Part shown: piece after piece, positions 37,928 to 46,619 of the stretch
Position numbering within the stretch: position 1 is the stretch's first letter
Layout of the letters: every line of letters begins with the position of its first letter
Assembly (NCBI GenBank): GCA_028285655.1
Contig: JANQOT010000009.1
Span: forward strand, 1-54,954
Reading direction: 5' to 3'
From: Gammaproteobacteria bacterium
Lineage (GTDB): Bacteria > Pseudomonadota > Gammaproteobacteria > UBA4575
DNA: 54,954 bases
Position numbers and translations under genes: made by a program
Notes under the pieces: model-generated
The model's database searches: none
Seen by the model: only the letters and a program-made list of their open reading frames with translations
What the model was told of the DNA's origin: nothing

Positions 37928-39724
37928 TTAGCGCCCGCGCAAAAACAATTTATCCAGATCTTTTACACTCAGTTGAATCCAGGTGGGGCGACCATGGTTG
38001 CATTGATTGCTTCTTTCAGTCAGTTCCATGGAGCGTAGCAAGGCATTCATCTCGGTGACGGTCATTTTACGATTGGCCCGCACTGAACTATGGCAGGCAA
38101 TAGTGGATAGAATATCGTTGCGTGCCTGCTCAATGCGTGTGCTGAACTTGTTGCTTTGCCAGTCCGCCAGTAAGTCACGAATCAAATCGGCGATATTTGC
38201 ATGGCTTAGAATTTTCGGGACTGCACGAACGATTATGGATTCTTCACCGGTGCGGTCGACTTCAAAACCGAGAGATTCGAAAAAACCGTTTTGCTGTTCT
38301 GCCAGTAGTGCTTCAGATTGCGAAACAGCAATTTTAACTGGGACTAGAAGTTGCTGGCGCACAACGTGACTGTCAGATTCGGTATTTTTTAAATGCTCAT
38401 AAACAATGCGTTCGTGAGCAGCATGCATGTCTACCAGAATCAAACCTTCTGCATTTTGCGCAAGAATATAAATCCCGTGGAGTTGTGCCAACGCATAGCC
38501 AAGCAACGGTGTTTCTTCCTGCTGTTCAGTATTTGGATCACAGAATTCGTCGCCGGGGTAGGCGTGTAGCGGTTCATTTACGGCAGTTGAATATAATTGC
38601 CGGAACTGGTCTTCTGTTGTGGCACGATCGTGTGAAAAATAAGTTTGCGCGGATACCGGTGCTGTGGCTCCCGATGCCGCCAGTCTGGATAAATTATTGG
38701 AATCTATTTGTGCGGGACGCAATTCGCCAATGGCCTGTTTTAGTGTCTGACGGACAAAGTCGTGAATCGCACGGTTATCCCTGAAACGCACTTCATGTTT
38801 GGCAGGATGCGCGTTGACATCTACCGCATGGGGATCCAGTTCGAGAAAAAGGACATACGCAGGATGGCGCCCGTGATACAACACATCCTGGTAGGCAAGT
38901 TTTACTGCATGACTAATGGTTTTGTCGCGAATATTACGATGATTAATGTACTGAAATTGTAAATCGGCCTGCGTTCTGGAAAAGGCAGGTGCAGCCAGCC
39001 AGCCACTTATACGCATGGATTCAACAGCGCGTTCAAAATAGATTGCGTGTTCGATAAAAGCTTTGCCGAGTAATTTTTCCAGGCGTTGTTCTTTTTCTTT
39101 TTTATTGTTCGCAACCGGAAGGGAAAATATCGTTTTTTGATTATGTCGCAGCGAAAATGCGATATGAAAGTTTGCCAGTGCCAGCCGTTTTACTACTTGC
39201 TCGCAATGTGAGTACTCGGTTTTCTCGGTGCGCAAGAACTTGCGTCGCGCCGGAGTGTTATAAAACAGGTCGCTGACAATTACAGTCGAGCCCTGTGTGT
39301 GCGCGGCGGGCTTTATGGCCTTGCTTTCCGCCTTAAGTTCCCAGCCATGATTGCCGGCTTCACTATTGGATATAAGGTTCATTCTGGATACTGATGCAAT
39401 ACTTGGCAAGGCTTCTCCACGAAAACCCAGAGTCGACACGTTTAACAGTTCGTCCATGCTGGTGATTTTAGAAGTGGCATGGCGGGTCAGCGCCATCGGC
39501 ATTTGTGACTTGTCGATTCCGGAACCATCGTCGCGAATGCAGATTCGTTGAATGCCGCCATTCTCCAGTTCAACAGAAATAGAGGTGGCGCCCGCATCGA
39601 TACTGTTTTCCATGAGTTCTTTAACAATCGAAGCCGGACGCTCGATCACCTCGCCGGCTGCGATTTGATTAATCAGATTATCGGGTAGTTTTTGAATGAG
39701 AGTATTCACAGGTATTGTCGGCAC
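37928..39724 (-). CDS. mutL: DNA mismatch repair protein MutL
   Basis: 598 aa. LPDNLINQIAAGEVIERPASIVKELMENSIDAGA GHKL ATPase N-terminus. GTG start at 39724 (alternative GTG at 39709). Confidence 0.92.
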   Translation of the reverse strand: MPTIPVNTLIQKLPDNLINQIAAGEVIERPASIVKELMENSIDAGATSISVELENGGIQRICIRDDGSGIDKSQMPMALTRHATSKITSMDELLNVSTLGFRGEALPSIASVSRMNLISNSEAGNHGWELKAESKAIKPAAHTQGSTVIVSDLFYNTPARRKFLRTEKTEYSHCEQVVKRLALANFHIAFSLRHNQKTIFSLPVANNKKEKEQRLEKLLGKAFIEHAIYFERAVESMRISGWLAAPAFSRTQADLQFQYINHRNIRDKTISHAVKLAYQDVLYHGRHPAYVLFLELDPHAVDVNAHPAKHEVRFRDNRAIHDFVRQTLKQAIGELRPAQIDSNNLSRLAASGATAPVSAQTYFSHDRATTEDQFRQLYSTAVNEPLHAYPGDEFCDPNTEQQEETPLLGYALAQLHGIYILAQNAEGLILVDMHAAHERIVYEHLKNTESDSHVVRQQLLVPVKIAVSQSEALLAEQQNGFFESLGFEVDRTGEESIIVRAVPKILSHANIADLIRDLLADWQSNKFSTRIEQARNDILSTIACHSSVRANRKMTVTEMNALLRSMELTERSNQCNHGRPTWIQLSVKDLDKLFLRGR

Positions 39725-40071
39725 TACCCCAGTAAAATCGGTTTTTCATCGGACAGTTCAAACATTTGTGCGACACCTTGCAAGGCAAAGTCGCAAAAAG
39801 CCTGCTCTTTTCCCCATTGGGAGCCTTCATTAACGGTGTGTTCCTGGTCGGCAGACAGTACACGGATTTTGTACGAGTCCGAATCCTGCCCGGAGATTGG
39901 TTCGCAGGTAATGTATACTTCGGGTGCGGTCTTTCCTTCCTGTAATACAGCGGCTATATACAAGTAAGCGATCGGGTCATGGCTGGTGATTTCGGTTAAT
40001 AGCGTAATGTTGAATTCACCATATTGGTAACGCCGTTTGGGAATCGCGGTAACAATTGAAGGAATCGCCAT
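39724..40071 (-). CDS. Hypothetical protein translationally coupled to mutL
   Basis: 115 aa, ATG start. Its TAG stop overlaps the mutL GTG by 1 nt. No family recognised. Confidence 0.55.
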   Translation of the reverse strand: MAIPSIVTAIPKRRYQYGEFNITLLTEITSHDPIAYLYIAAVLQEGKTAPEVYITCEPISGQDSDSYKIRVLSADQEHTVNEGSQWGKEQAFCDFALQGVAQMFELSDEKPILLG

Positions 40072-40120
40072 AATTTATTGAAGCAGGGCTGATATTTTTA
40101 GTTTGTACGTATAAAAAGTA

Positions 40121-40954
40121 ATGGATAAAGAAGTCGTATGTTTATATCCCGAATTCGGGGTAACAGAACCATTGCAAGGATTGTATCTCAGGCGGAATTT
40201 TTGTGCTGATGCAAATACACGGCGTCCATTTGTTTATGCAAATTTTTTGAGTAGCCTGGATGGGCGGATCGCCTGGCGTGATTCGCACCAGGACAACTAT
40301 CAGCTGCCCGAAACACTAAAATCCGATGAGGACTTTCGATTATTTCTGGAATTGTATGCGCATGCGGATTGTATTGTTACGCATGCCGGCTATATGCGAG
40401 CCCTGAATACCGGACACCTGGGCAATGTATTGCAAATACCGCGCTTGGCGTGGACGGAAGATATCCACGCCTGGCGCAAAGAGCGCGGCATGGCTCCGGC
40501 GCCCGATGTAGTTATTATAAGCAGCAGTCTGGAGTTTCCGTGGCATGATTCTCTGGATCAATTTCAGCAAAAGGTTCATATCGCTACCGGCGCTCGCACA
40601 CCGACCGATAAAAAACAGTTTTGGCTGGACCGTGGCCGCGAGATACATGTTTTGGGAGACGACCGACAGGTGGATGCGGCACCCCTGGTCGAATTTTTAA
40701 GTAAACAGGGGTACGAGTCAGTTTATCTGGTCGCCGGTCCGCAGTTACTGCAGGAATTACTCATGCAATCTTTTGTGGATAAATTTTTTATGACCGTATG
40801 CCATCAATTATTAGGCGGCAGCGATTTTAAAAGTCTGGTGCCCGAACATAAGCTTGGCGACAAGGGGAAATTGCAGTTGCAGAGACTGTATATGGATTCC
40901 GAAAATTCCAGTATGCTTGGTCAATGGTATGCAGAATTTTCAGCCGGGCAATAG
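40121..40954 (+). CDS. RibD C-terminal domain (DHFR-like reductase) family protein
   Basis: 277 aa. FVYANFLSSLDGRIAW is typical of pyrimidine-reductase-like RibD_C proteins. Confidence 0.7.
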   Translation: MDKEVVCLYPEFGVTEPLQGLYLRRNFCADANTRRPFVYANFLSSLDGRIAWRDSHQDNYQLPETLKSDEDFRLFLELYAHADCIVTHAGYMRALNTGHLGNVLQIPRLAWTEDIHAWRKERGMAPAPDVVIISSSLEFPWHDSLDQFQQKVHIATGARTPTDKKQFWLDRGREIHVLGDDRQVDAAPLVEFLSKQGYESVYLVAGPQLLQELLMQSFVDKFFMTVCHQLLGGSDFKSLVPEHKLGDKGKLQLQRLYMDSENSSMLGQWYAEFSAGQ

Positions 40955-40999
40955 TTACCGGCAGGCAAGTTTAACCCAGGTATTACGAGAAATATTATT

Positions 41000-42010
41000 A
41001 TGGAATTTATTTCAGATTACGGTTTGTTTTTGGCAAAAGCGGCCACCATTGTTGTTGTTGTCTGGGTGGTATTGTCGATGCTGGTATCTTTTGCACACAA
41101 ACAACACGAACATGACCAAATAGAAATAAAAAATCTGAATAAAAAATTTGAAGACACCAGGCTGCAAATGCAGCAAAGCTTGTTATCCAAGAAAGAATCC
41201 AAGGAATTACTTAAGCAATCGAAAAAAGAAAACAAGAAAAAACAAAAAGAGCAAAGTGGTGACCGAAAACGTGTATTCGTTTTGAACTTCGTCGGCAATA
41301 TCAAGGCGAGTGCAGTTAAACATCTACGCAAGGAAATCACGGCCTTGTTATCGGTGGCGACTCCGGCAGATGAAATCGTTGTGTGTCTGGAAAACTCGGG
41401 TGGGCTGGTGCATGAGCATGGCTTTGCGGCATCGCAGTTGCAGCGAATTCGACAACGTGAAATTCCCCTGACGGTGGCAGTGGACAAGGTGGCGGCCAGC
41501 GGCGGCTATATGATGGCCTGTGTCGCAAATCGAATTGTAGCGGCGCCGTTTTCGATTATCGGCTCGGTCGGCGTATTGGCGCAGTTGCCTAACTTTATTC
41601 GACTGCTGGAAAAGCATGGAATCGATTTTGAGCAAGTAAAAGCCGGTGATTTAAAACGCACTTTGACAATGTTTGGTAAAAATACTGATGAAGACCGTGC
41701 GCGACTTACCGAGCAAATGGAAGAAACGCATGAATTATTCAAGGAATTTATTGCCGAACAGCGTGAGGTGGTTGATGTGCAGGCGATTGCGACCGGCGAA
41801 CATTGGCTGGGAAAGCGGGCGCTGGAGCTAAAGCTGGTGGACGAACTTATTACCAGCGATGATTATCTGCTGCGCCAAAGTGAGCACGCCGATATCTATG
41901 AAGTTAAACACGCGGCACCGAAAACTATTAGTGAGAAACTATCAAGCAGCGTGCAAATGGCGTTTGAGAAAGTGTTGACCGCCTGGTGGCAGCGCAATAT
42001 CACCGGTTGA
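41000..42010 (+). CDS. sohB: Peptidase S49 family protease SohB
   Basis: 336 aa. N-terminal TM, Lys-rich linker, S49 core (AASGGYMMAC...GSVGV). Confidence 0.85.
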   Translation: MEFISDYGLFLAKAATIVVVVWVVLSMLVSFAHKQHEHDQIEIKNLNKKFEDTRLQMQQSLLSKKESKELLKQSKKENKKKQKEQSGDRKRVFVLNFVGNIKASAVKHLRKEITALLSVATPADEIVVCLENSGGLVHEHGFAASQLQRIRQREIPLTVAVDKVAASGGYMMACVANRIVAAPFSIIGSVGVLAQLPNFIRLLEKHGIDFEQVKAGDLKRTLTMFGKNTDEDRARLTEQMEETHELFKEFIAEQREVVDVQAIATGEHWLGKRALELKLVDELITSDDYLLRQSEHADIYEVKHAAPKTISEKLSSSVQMAFEKVLTAWWQRNITG

Positions 42011-42015
42011 GATTT

Positions 42016-43512
42016 TTAAACGCCGGGAATAAGCAGTTTTTGGCCGACGCGAATTTTGTCGGACTGCAAAGAATTTACGCTGCGCAAGGAATCAAGACTG
42101 ACACGGTAGCGGAGCGCGATGCCCGATAGAGTTTCGCCTGGTCGAATAACATGTTTTTCTTTGGGTGTGCGTTTGGCGATGATTGCATTGTCCGGTGCAT
42201 GCTTATCCATGTAGGTTCTTACGCCGCGAAATATAGAATTTGCCAGTTTTTGTTGATGCTCCGCAGAACGCAGTTTCTTTTCTTCGGACGCGTTGGAAAT
42301 AAACGCAGTTTCGACCAGTATCGACGGAATGTCCGGTAGTTTAAGCACTACAAAACCGGCATGCTCGATACGCTTGCGGGTTTTTCCAATGTTGCCTAGT
42401 TCTTTGAGTACACTTTTGGCCAGATCCATGCTGGCATCGATAGTGGCGGTTTGCGACAGATCGACGATTACTTTTTGCAATACTTTATCTTTGCCTTCCA
42501 GGCTGACGCCGCCAATCACGTCGGATCGATTATGGCGTTGAGCGAGAATTTTCGCGGCCTCACTGCTGGCGCCATTTTTTGAAAGCACGTATACCGACGA
42601 ACCTCGGACGCGGCGATCGTCGATTGCATCGGCGTGCACCGAAACAAATACATCGGCGTTGTTATCACGCGCTTTTTTAATGCGGCCACGCAAGGTAAGA
42701 AAACGGTCTGAGTCCCGGGTTAACACTGCGCGCATGCCGGGTTCGGCGTTAATTAAACGCACCAGACGTTTGGAAATTTGTAGCACAACATCCTTTTCGC
42801 GAGTGCCGGCATAGCCAATCGCACCGGGATCCTTGCCGCCGTGGCCCGGGTCGACTGCAACCACGAAATCTCGGGCTTTAGCGCTGGCGACCTTGGATTT
42901 TTTGGGCGCGGCGGGTTTTTTCTTTGCTTTGGGCGTGGTGACTTGCGCAATAATATCTTTTTTAGGCGCCGCTTTTTTTGTTGCAGTTTTCTTGGGTGCC
43001 GCGGCAACGGTTTTTTTCTTGCTTGCCGTTACCGTCTTTTTCTTCGGTGTTGTTTTTATCGGTGCTTTAGCGAGTCTGGTTTTAACTTGCGCGCCTTTTA
43101 AATCCAGTACCAGGCGATGATTGGCGCCGTCGTGCGGAGGCAGTACAAAGCTTTTCGGAATAATTTGTTGATTCAGATCCAGCACCACACGGAGTTTGTT
43201 CTGGTCGCGTGTTGCGTGGCGCAGCTTTGCAACATGCGAAGCTTTGAACAGCGATTGATTAACCTTGGTGGTGAGCTTGCTGTCGCTGAAATCGATTACG
43301 ATTCTGCTCGGATTGTTGAGGGTAAAAATCTTGTATTTCGGAATACCTTCGGTATCAAAGACCACTCGTGTAATTTCGCCGCTTTTGGCCACTCGAATGT
43401 TTTTAATATCATTGGCGGCAGTGGCGGTCCCCATGCTAAAGCACAGGCATAACAATAGCGCCATTGTTGTGACGGTATAGCTGCGAATAGTGGCGAACTT
43501 CAGATGAAGCAT
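42016..43512 (-). CDS. amiB: N-acetylmuramoyl-L-alanine amidase (AMIN domain, Amidase_3, C-terminal LysM)
   Basis: 498 aa. AMIN-like N-terminus, Lys/Ala/Pro linker, VVAVDPGHGGKDPGA...SVHAD amidase_3 core, LysM tail (HVIRPGETLSGIA...). Located between tsaE and mutL as amiB is in E. coli. Confidence 0.88.
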   Translation of the reverse strand: MLHLKFATIRSYTVTTMALLLCLCFSMGTATAANDIKNIRVAKSGEITRVVFDTEGIPKYKIFTLNNPSRIVIDFSDSKLTTKVNQSLFKASHVAKLRHATRDQNKLRVVLDLNQQIIPKSFVLPPHDGANHRLVLDLKGAQVKTRLAKAPIKTTPKKKTVTASKKKTVAAAPKKTATKKAAPKKDIIAQVTTPKAKKKPAAPKKSKVASAKARDFVVAVDPGHGGKDPGAIGYAGTREKDVVLQISKRLVRLINAEPGMRAVLTRDSDRFLTLRGRIKKARDNNADVFVSVHADAIDDRRVRGSSVYVLSKNGASSEAAKILAQRHNRSDVIGGVSLEGKDKVLQKVIVDLSQTATIDASMDLAKSVLKELGNIGKTRKRIEHAGFVVLKLPDIPSILVETAFISNASEEKKLRSAEHQQKLANSIFRGVRTYMDKHAPDNAIIAKRTPKEKHVIRPGETLSGIALRYRVSLDSLRSVNSLQSDKIRVGQKLLIPGV

Positions 43513-43620
43513 TCGCGATACTCCGAATTATTCGACCTTATTAGATTAACTTTAACAAAAATAATAACATACAGCTAATTATTCAATAAAAATCTTCGAT
43601 ATAATGTTAAATTTCTCTAA

Positions 43621-44031
43621 CTAGGAGCAAATTTCCACGCGACGCTGGTCGCCGGCGTGGTGAATTTGAACATCAACGGTCGCTGAAGGAATACTCGATT
43701 GACCTTTTTCGGGCCATTCGATGAAGCCGATGGCCTTGTTGTGGAAATACTCGCGCAGGCCGATCCATTGCAATTCTTCCGGATCGGAAATTCTATATAA
43801 ATCAAAATGATGGACTTCGAGCGAGTCCAGCGAATAACTTTCGACAAGAGTAAAAGTAGGACTTTTTACCGGGCCGCGATGGCCAAGGGCGCGTAACGCA
43901 CCGCGTACCAAGGTCGTTTTGCCGGTGCCCAGCTCACCGCGCAGGTAGACCACGGCAGGTGCTTGCAGAGTATTGGCCAGCTCGGCACCCAGGGCTTCCA
44001 TCGCCTGGGGCGAACTTATGTAGCGTGGCAT
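43621..44031 (-). CDS. tsaE: tRNA t6A37 biosynthesis ATPase TsaE (YjeE)
   Basis: 136 aa. LRGELGTGKTTLVRG P-loop and FDLYR motif. Confidence 0.9.
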   Translation of the reverse strand: MPRYISSPQAMEALGAELANTLQAPAVVYLRGELGTGKTTLVRGALRALGHRGPVKSPTFTLVESYSLDSLEVHHFDLYRISDPEELQWIGLREYFHNKAIGFIEWPEKGQSSIPSATVDVQIHHAGDQRRVEICS

Positions 44032-45512
44032 GGATTTACCAGTGGGTATAAGGCCGGCAGCAGGTCGGCGGCCAAAATGCCGCGAGTGCCCCGGGTCGAG
44101 ACCGCTTCTCCCGCCAGTGCGTGCAGCAATACACCACAGTTGGTAGCTTCAAATAAGGAAATGCCCTGCGCGACCAGGCCGGCGATAGTTCCGGTGAGAA
44201 CATCGCCGGTTCCGCCGCTGGCAAGACTTGCATTACCTTTAGTGCAAAACCCAAGGTACTGCTCGTAACACGTAAGTGTGCCGGCGCCCTTGAGTACGGT
44301 GACACCTTTGAATTGTTCGTGCAGCGCCAGTATGGCCGAGACCCGGTCGGCTTCCACATCGGCCGGACTACAGGCCAGTAATTTTGCGGCTTCGCCGGGG
44401 TGAGGGGTTAATATCCAGTGATCGTTATTGCCGCCATTGCCGCTGAGCAATTGCAGGGCGTCGGCATCGATAATCAACGGCAGGTCGGTTTCCAATGCGC
44501 GTGCAAATATTTTCTGTGCCCAGCTATCCTGGCCCAGTCCCGGGCCGATCGCCACCACGCTGGCTTTTTTCAGCAATGGTCCCAGACCGCGTGCGTCGCG
44601 AACTCCTTTTACCATTAGCGAAGCGCAGCCCGCTGCAACCGCGGTGACGCTTTCGGGATGGGTCGCAACGCTGACCAGTCCGGCACCGACACGCGCAGCA
44701 GCTTCTCCGGCCAGGCGGGCCGCGTTAGGATAGCCACGATTACCGCCGATGACTAAGACGTGGCCGAAATTATTTTTGTAGCTGCTTGCACTGCGTACCG
44801 GCAATAAGCGCGTACGAATCGAGTCGGCAATCGTAGAACCTAATTCGGTGACTTCGTTAATCACTTCGGCCGGCAGGTCCAGCGAATCCAGCACAATATC
44901 GCCGGTGTAATTTCTTGCCTGGCCGGTGAGCAGGCCGGTTTTTAAACCAATAAAAGTAATGGTTGTATTGGCGTACACGGTAGGACCCATGGGGTTGCCG
45001 CTGGTAGCATTTAAACCGGACGGAATATCAAGCGAAACCACCGGTACCGGGGTTCGATTTATGCTCTGAATAATGTCGGCATTAATACCTTCGACCAGCC
45101 GACTTAAACCGGTACCGAAAATAGCATCGACGATTAAATCGCAATCGGGCAGATCAGTGCTCAGATCAACGTCGTCACCATCGTGGATAGCGAAATCATT
45201 TTGCGCGCGCGCTGCATCACCGCGTAATTTTGTAACCGGGACGATCGGCATTACGGAGCATTCAATTCCAGATTTTGCCGCCAGGCGTGCGACAATATAG
45301 CCGTCGCCGCCATTGTTGCCGCCACCGGTGATTATTAATATGCGTTTGGCAGATGGAAATTGCTGTTTGATTAGAGTGAGCGCGGCTTTACCGGCCCGCT
45401 GCATCAACTCATAACCCTTGATGCCAAATTTTTCGATGGCAACACTGTCCAACTGCCTGGCCTGTTCGCTGGAATACACCGGGTGTTGGTCACAATGGTT
45501 AATATAGTCCAT
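44016..45512 (-). CDS. nnr: Bifunctional NAD(P)H-hydrate repair enzyme Nnr (YjeF_N epimerase plus YjeF_C dehydratase)
   Basis: GGGNNGGDG in the N-terminal domain and GTGDVL in the C-terminal kinase-like domain. The track start is TTG; the first ATG is 45512. Overlaps tsaE by 16 nt. Confidence 0.9.
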   Translation of the reverse strand: MDYINHCDQHPVYSSEQARQLDSVAIEKFGIKGYELMQRAGKAALTLIKQQFPSAKRILIITGGGNNGGDGYIVARLAAKSGIECSVMPIVPVTKLRGDAARAQNDFAIHDGDDVDLSTDLPDCDLIVDAIFGTGLSRLVEGINADIIQSINRTPVPVVSLDIPSGLNATSGNPMGPTVYANTTITFIGLKTGLLTGQARNYTGDIVLDSLDLPAEVINEVTELGSTIADSIRTRLLPVRSASSYKNNFGHVLVIGGNRGYPNAARLAGEAAARVGAGLVSVATHPESVTAVAAGCASLMVKGVRDARGLGPLLKKASVVAIGPGLGQDSWAQKIFARALETDLPLIIDADALQLLSGNGGNNDHWILTPHPGEAAKLLACSPADVEADRVSAILALHEQFKGVTVLKGAGTLTCYEQYLGFCTKGNASLASGGTGDVLTGTIAGLVAQGISLFEATNCGVLLHALAGEAVSTRGTRGILAADLLPALYPLVNPCHAT

Positions 45513-45538
45513 ATGTCTAGTTCGCAATTAAAGTCGAG

Positions 45539-46612
45539 ATGAAAAAGCCTACCGTCCCTGCCAGTAGTATGCAAAGTTTAGTTGATGATATCCGTGCTTG
45601 GGCGCACGAACTTGGCTTCGATCAGATCGGCATAACAGATACCAGTTTGGAGCAGCATGAGGCACACTTGCTGAACTGGTTGCAGGCCGGTATGCATGGC
45701 GAAATGGAGTACATGCAAACGCATGGTACGAAAAGAAGCCGGCCGACTCAGTTGGTACCGGGCACGCTGCGTATAATTTCGGTAAGAATGAATTATCTGC
45801 CCCCGACAGCGCGCGATCCGCAACAGGTTTTGGACAATGCCGAAATCGCCTATATTTCCAGGTACGCGCTGGGCCGCGACTATCACAAAGTGATGCGTAA
45901 ACGATTGCAGCAACTCGCCGAGCGAATTCAGGAGCAAGTGGGGGAATTCGGCTATCGTGCATTTGTCGACAGCGCGCCGGTATTGGAAAAAGCGCTGGCT
46001 GAAAAAGCAGGTTTAGGCTGGATCGGCAAACATACAAATTTATTGTCCGAGCAAGCAGGGTCGTGGTTTTTTCTGGGTGAACTGTTTACCAATTTACCGC
46101 TGCCGGTGAACGAACATAAACATAATCATTGCGGAACTTGTCAGGCATGCATTGATATTTGTCCGACGCAGGCCATTATCGCTCCGTATAAACTGGATGC
46201 GCGTAAATGTATTTCTTATTTAACGATCGAAAATAAAAATTCTATTCCGATTGAATTTCGTAAAGCCATGGGCAATCGCATTTATGGTTGCGATGATTGT
46301 CAGTTGGTATGCCCCTGGAATAAGTTTGCAAAAACGGCGGCCCTGGATGATTTCGCGCATCGCCACGGACTGGATTCGCCTGCATTAGTCGAATTGTTTC
46401 TGTGGACGGAGCAGGAATTTTTAAGCAATACCGAAGGCTCTGCAATCAGGCGTATCAGTTACGAGCAATGGCTGCGTAATATCGCCGTCGCCTTGGGTAA
46501 CGCGCCTGGACAGCCGGAAATAATCGATGCTTTGCAACAACGCGCGGACCATCCTTCTGCATTGGTCAGAGAACACGTGAGCTGGGCGCTTGCCCGGCAT
46601 CTGGACGGGTGA
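45539..46612 (+). CDS. queG: Epoxyqueuosine reductase QueG
   Basis: 357 aa. Two 4Fe-4S motifs (CGTCQACIDICP, CDDCQLVCPWN) and a HEAT-like C-terminus. Confidence 0.9.
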   Translation: MKKPTVPASSMQSLVDDIRAWAHELGFDQIGITDTSLEQHEAHLLNWLQAGMHGEMEYMQTHGTKRSRPTQLVPGTLRIISVRMNYLPPTARDPQQVLDNAEIAYISRYALGRDYHKVMRKRLQQLAERIQEQVGEFGYRAFVDSAPVLEKALAEKAGLGWIGKHTNLLSEQAGSWFFLGELFTNLPLPVNEHKHNHCGTCQACIDICPTQAIIAPYKLDARKCISYLTIENKNSIPIEFRKAMGNRIYGCDDCQLVCPWNKFAKTAALDDFAHRHGLDSPALVELFLWTEQEFLSNTEGSAIRRISYEQWLRNIAVALGNAPGQPEIIDALQQRADHPSALVREHVSWALARHLDG

Positions 46613-46619
46613 GATACGC

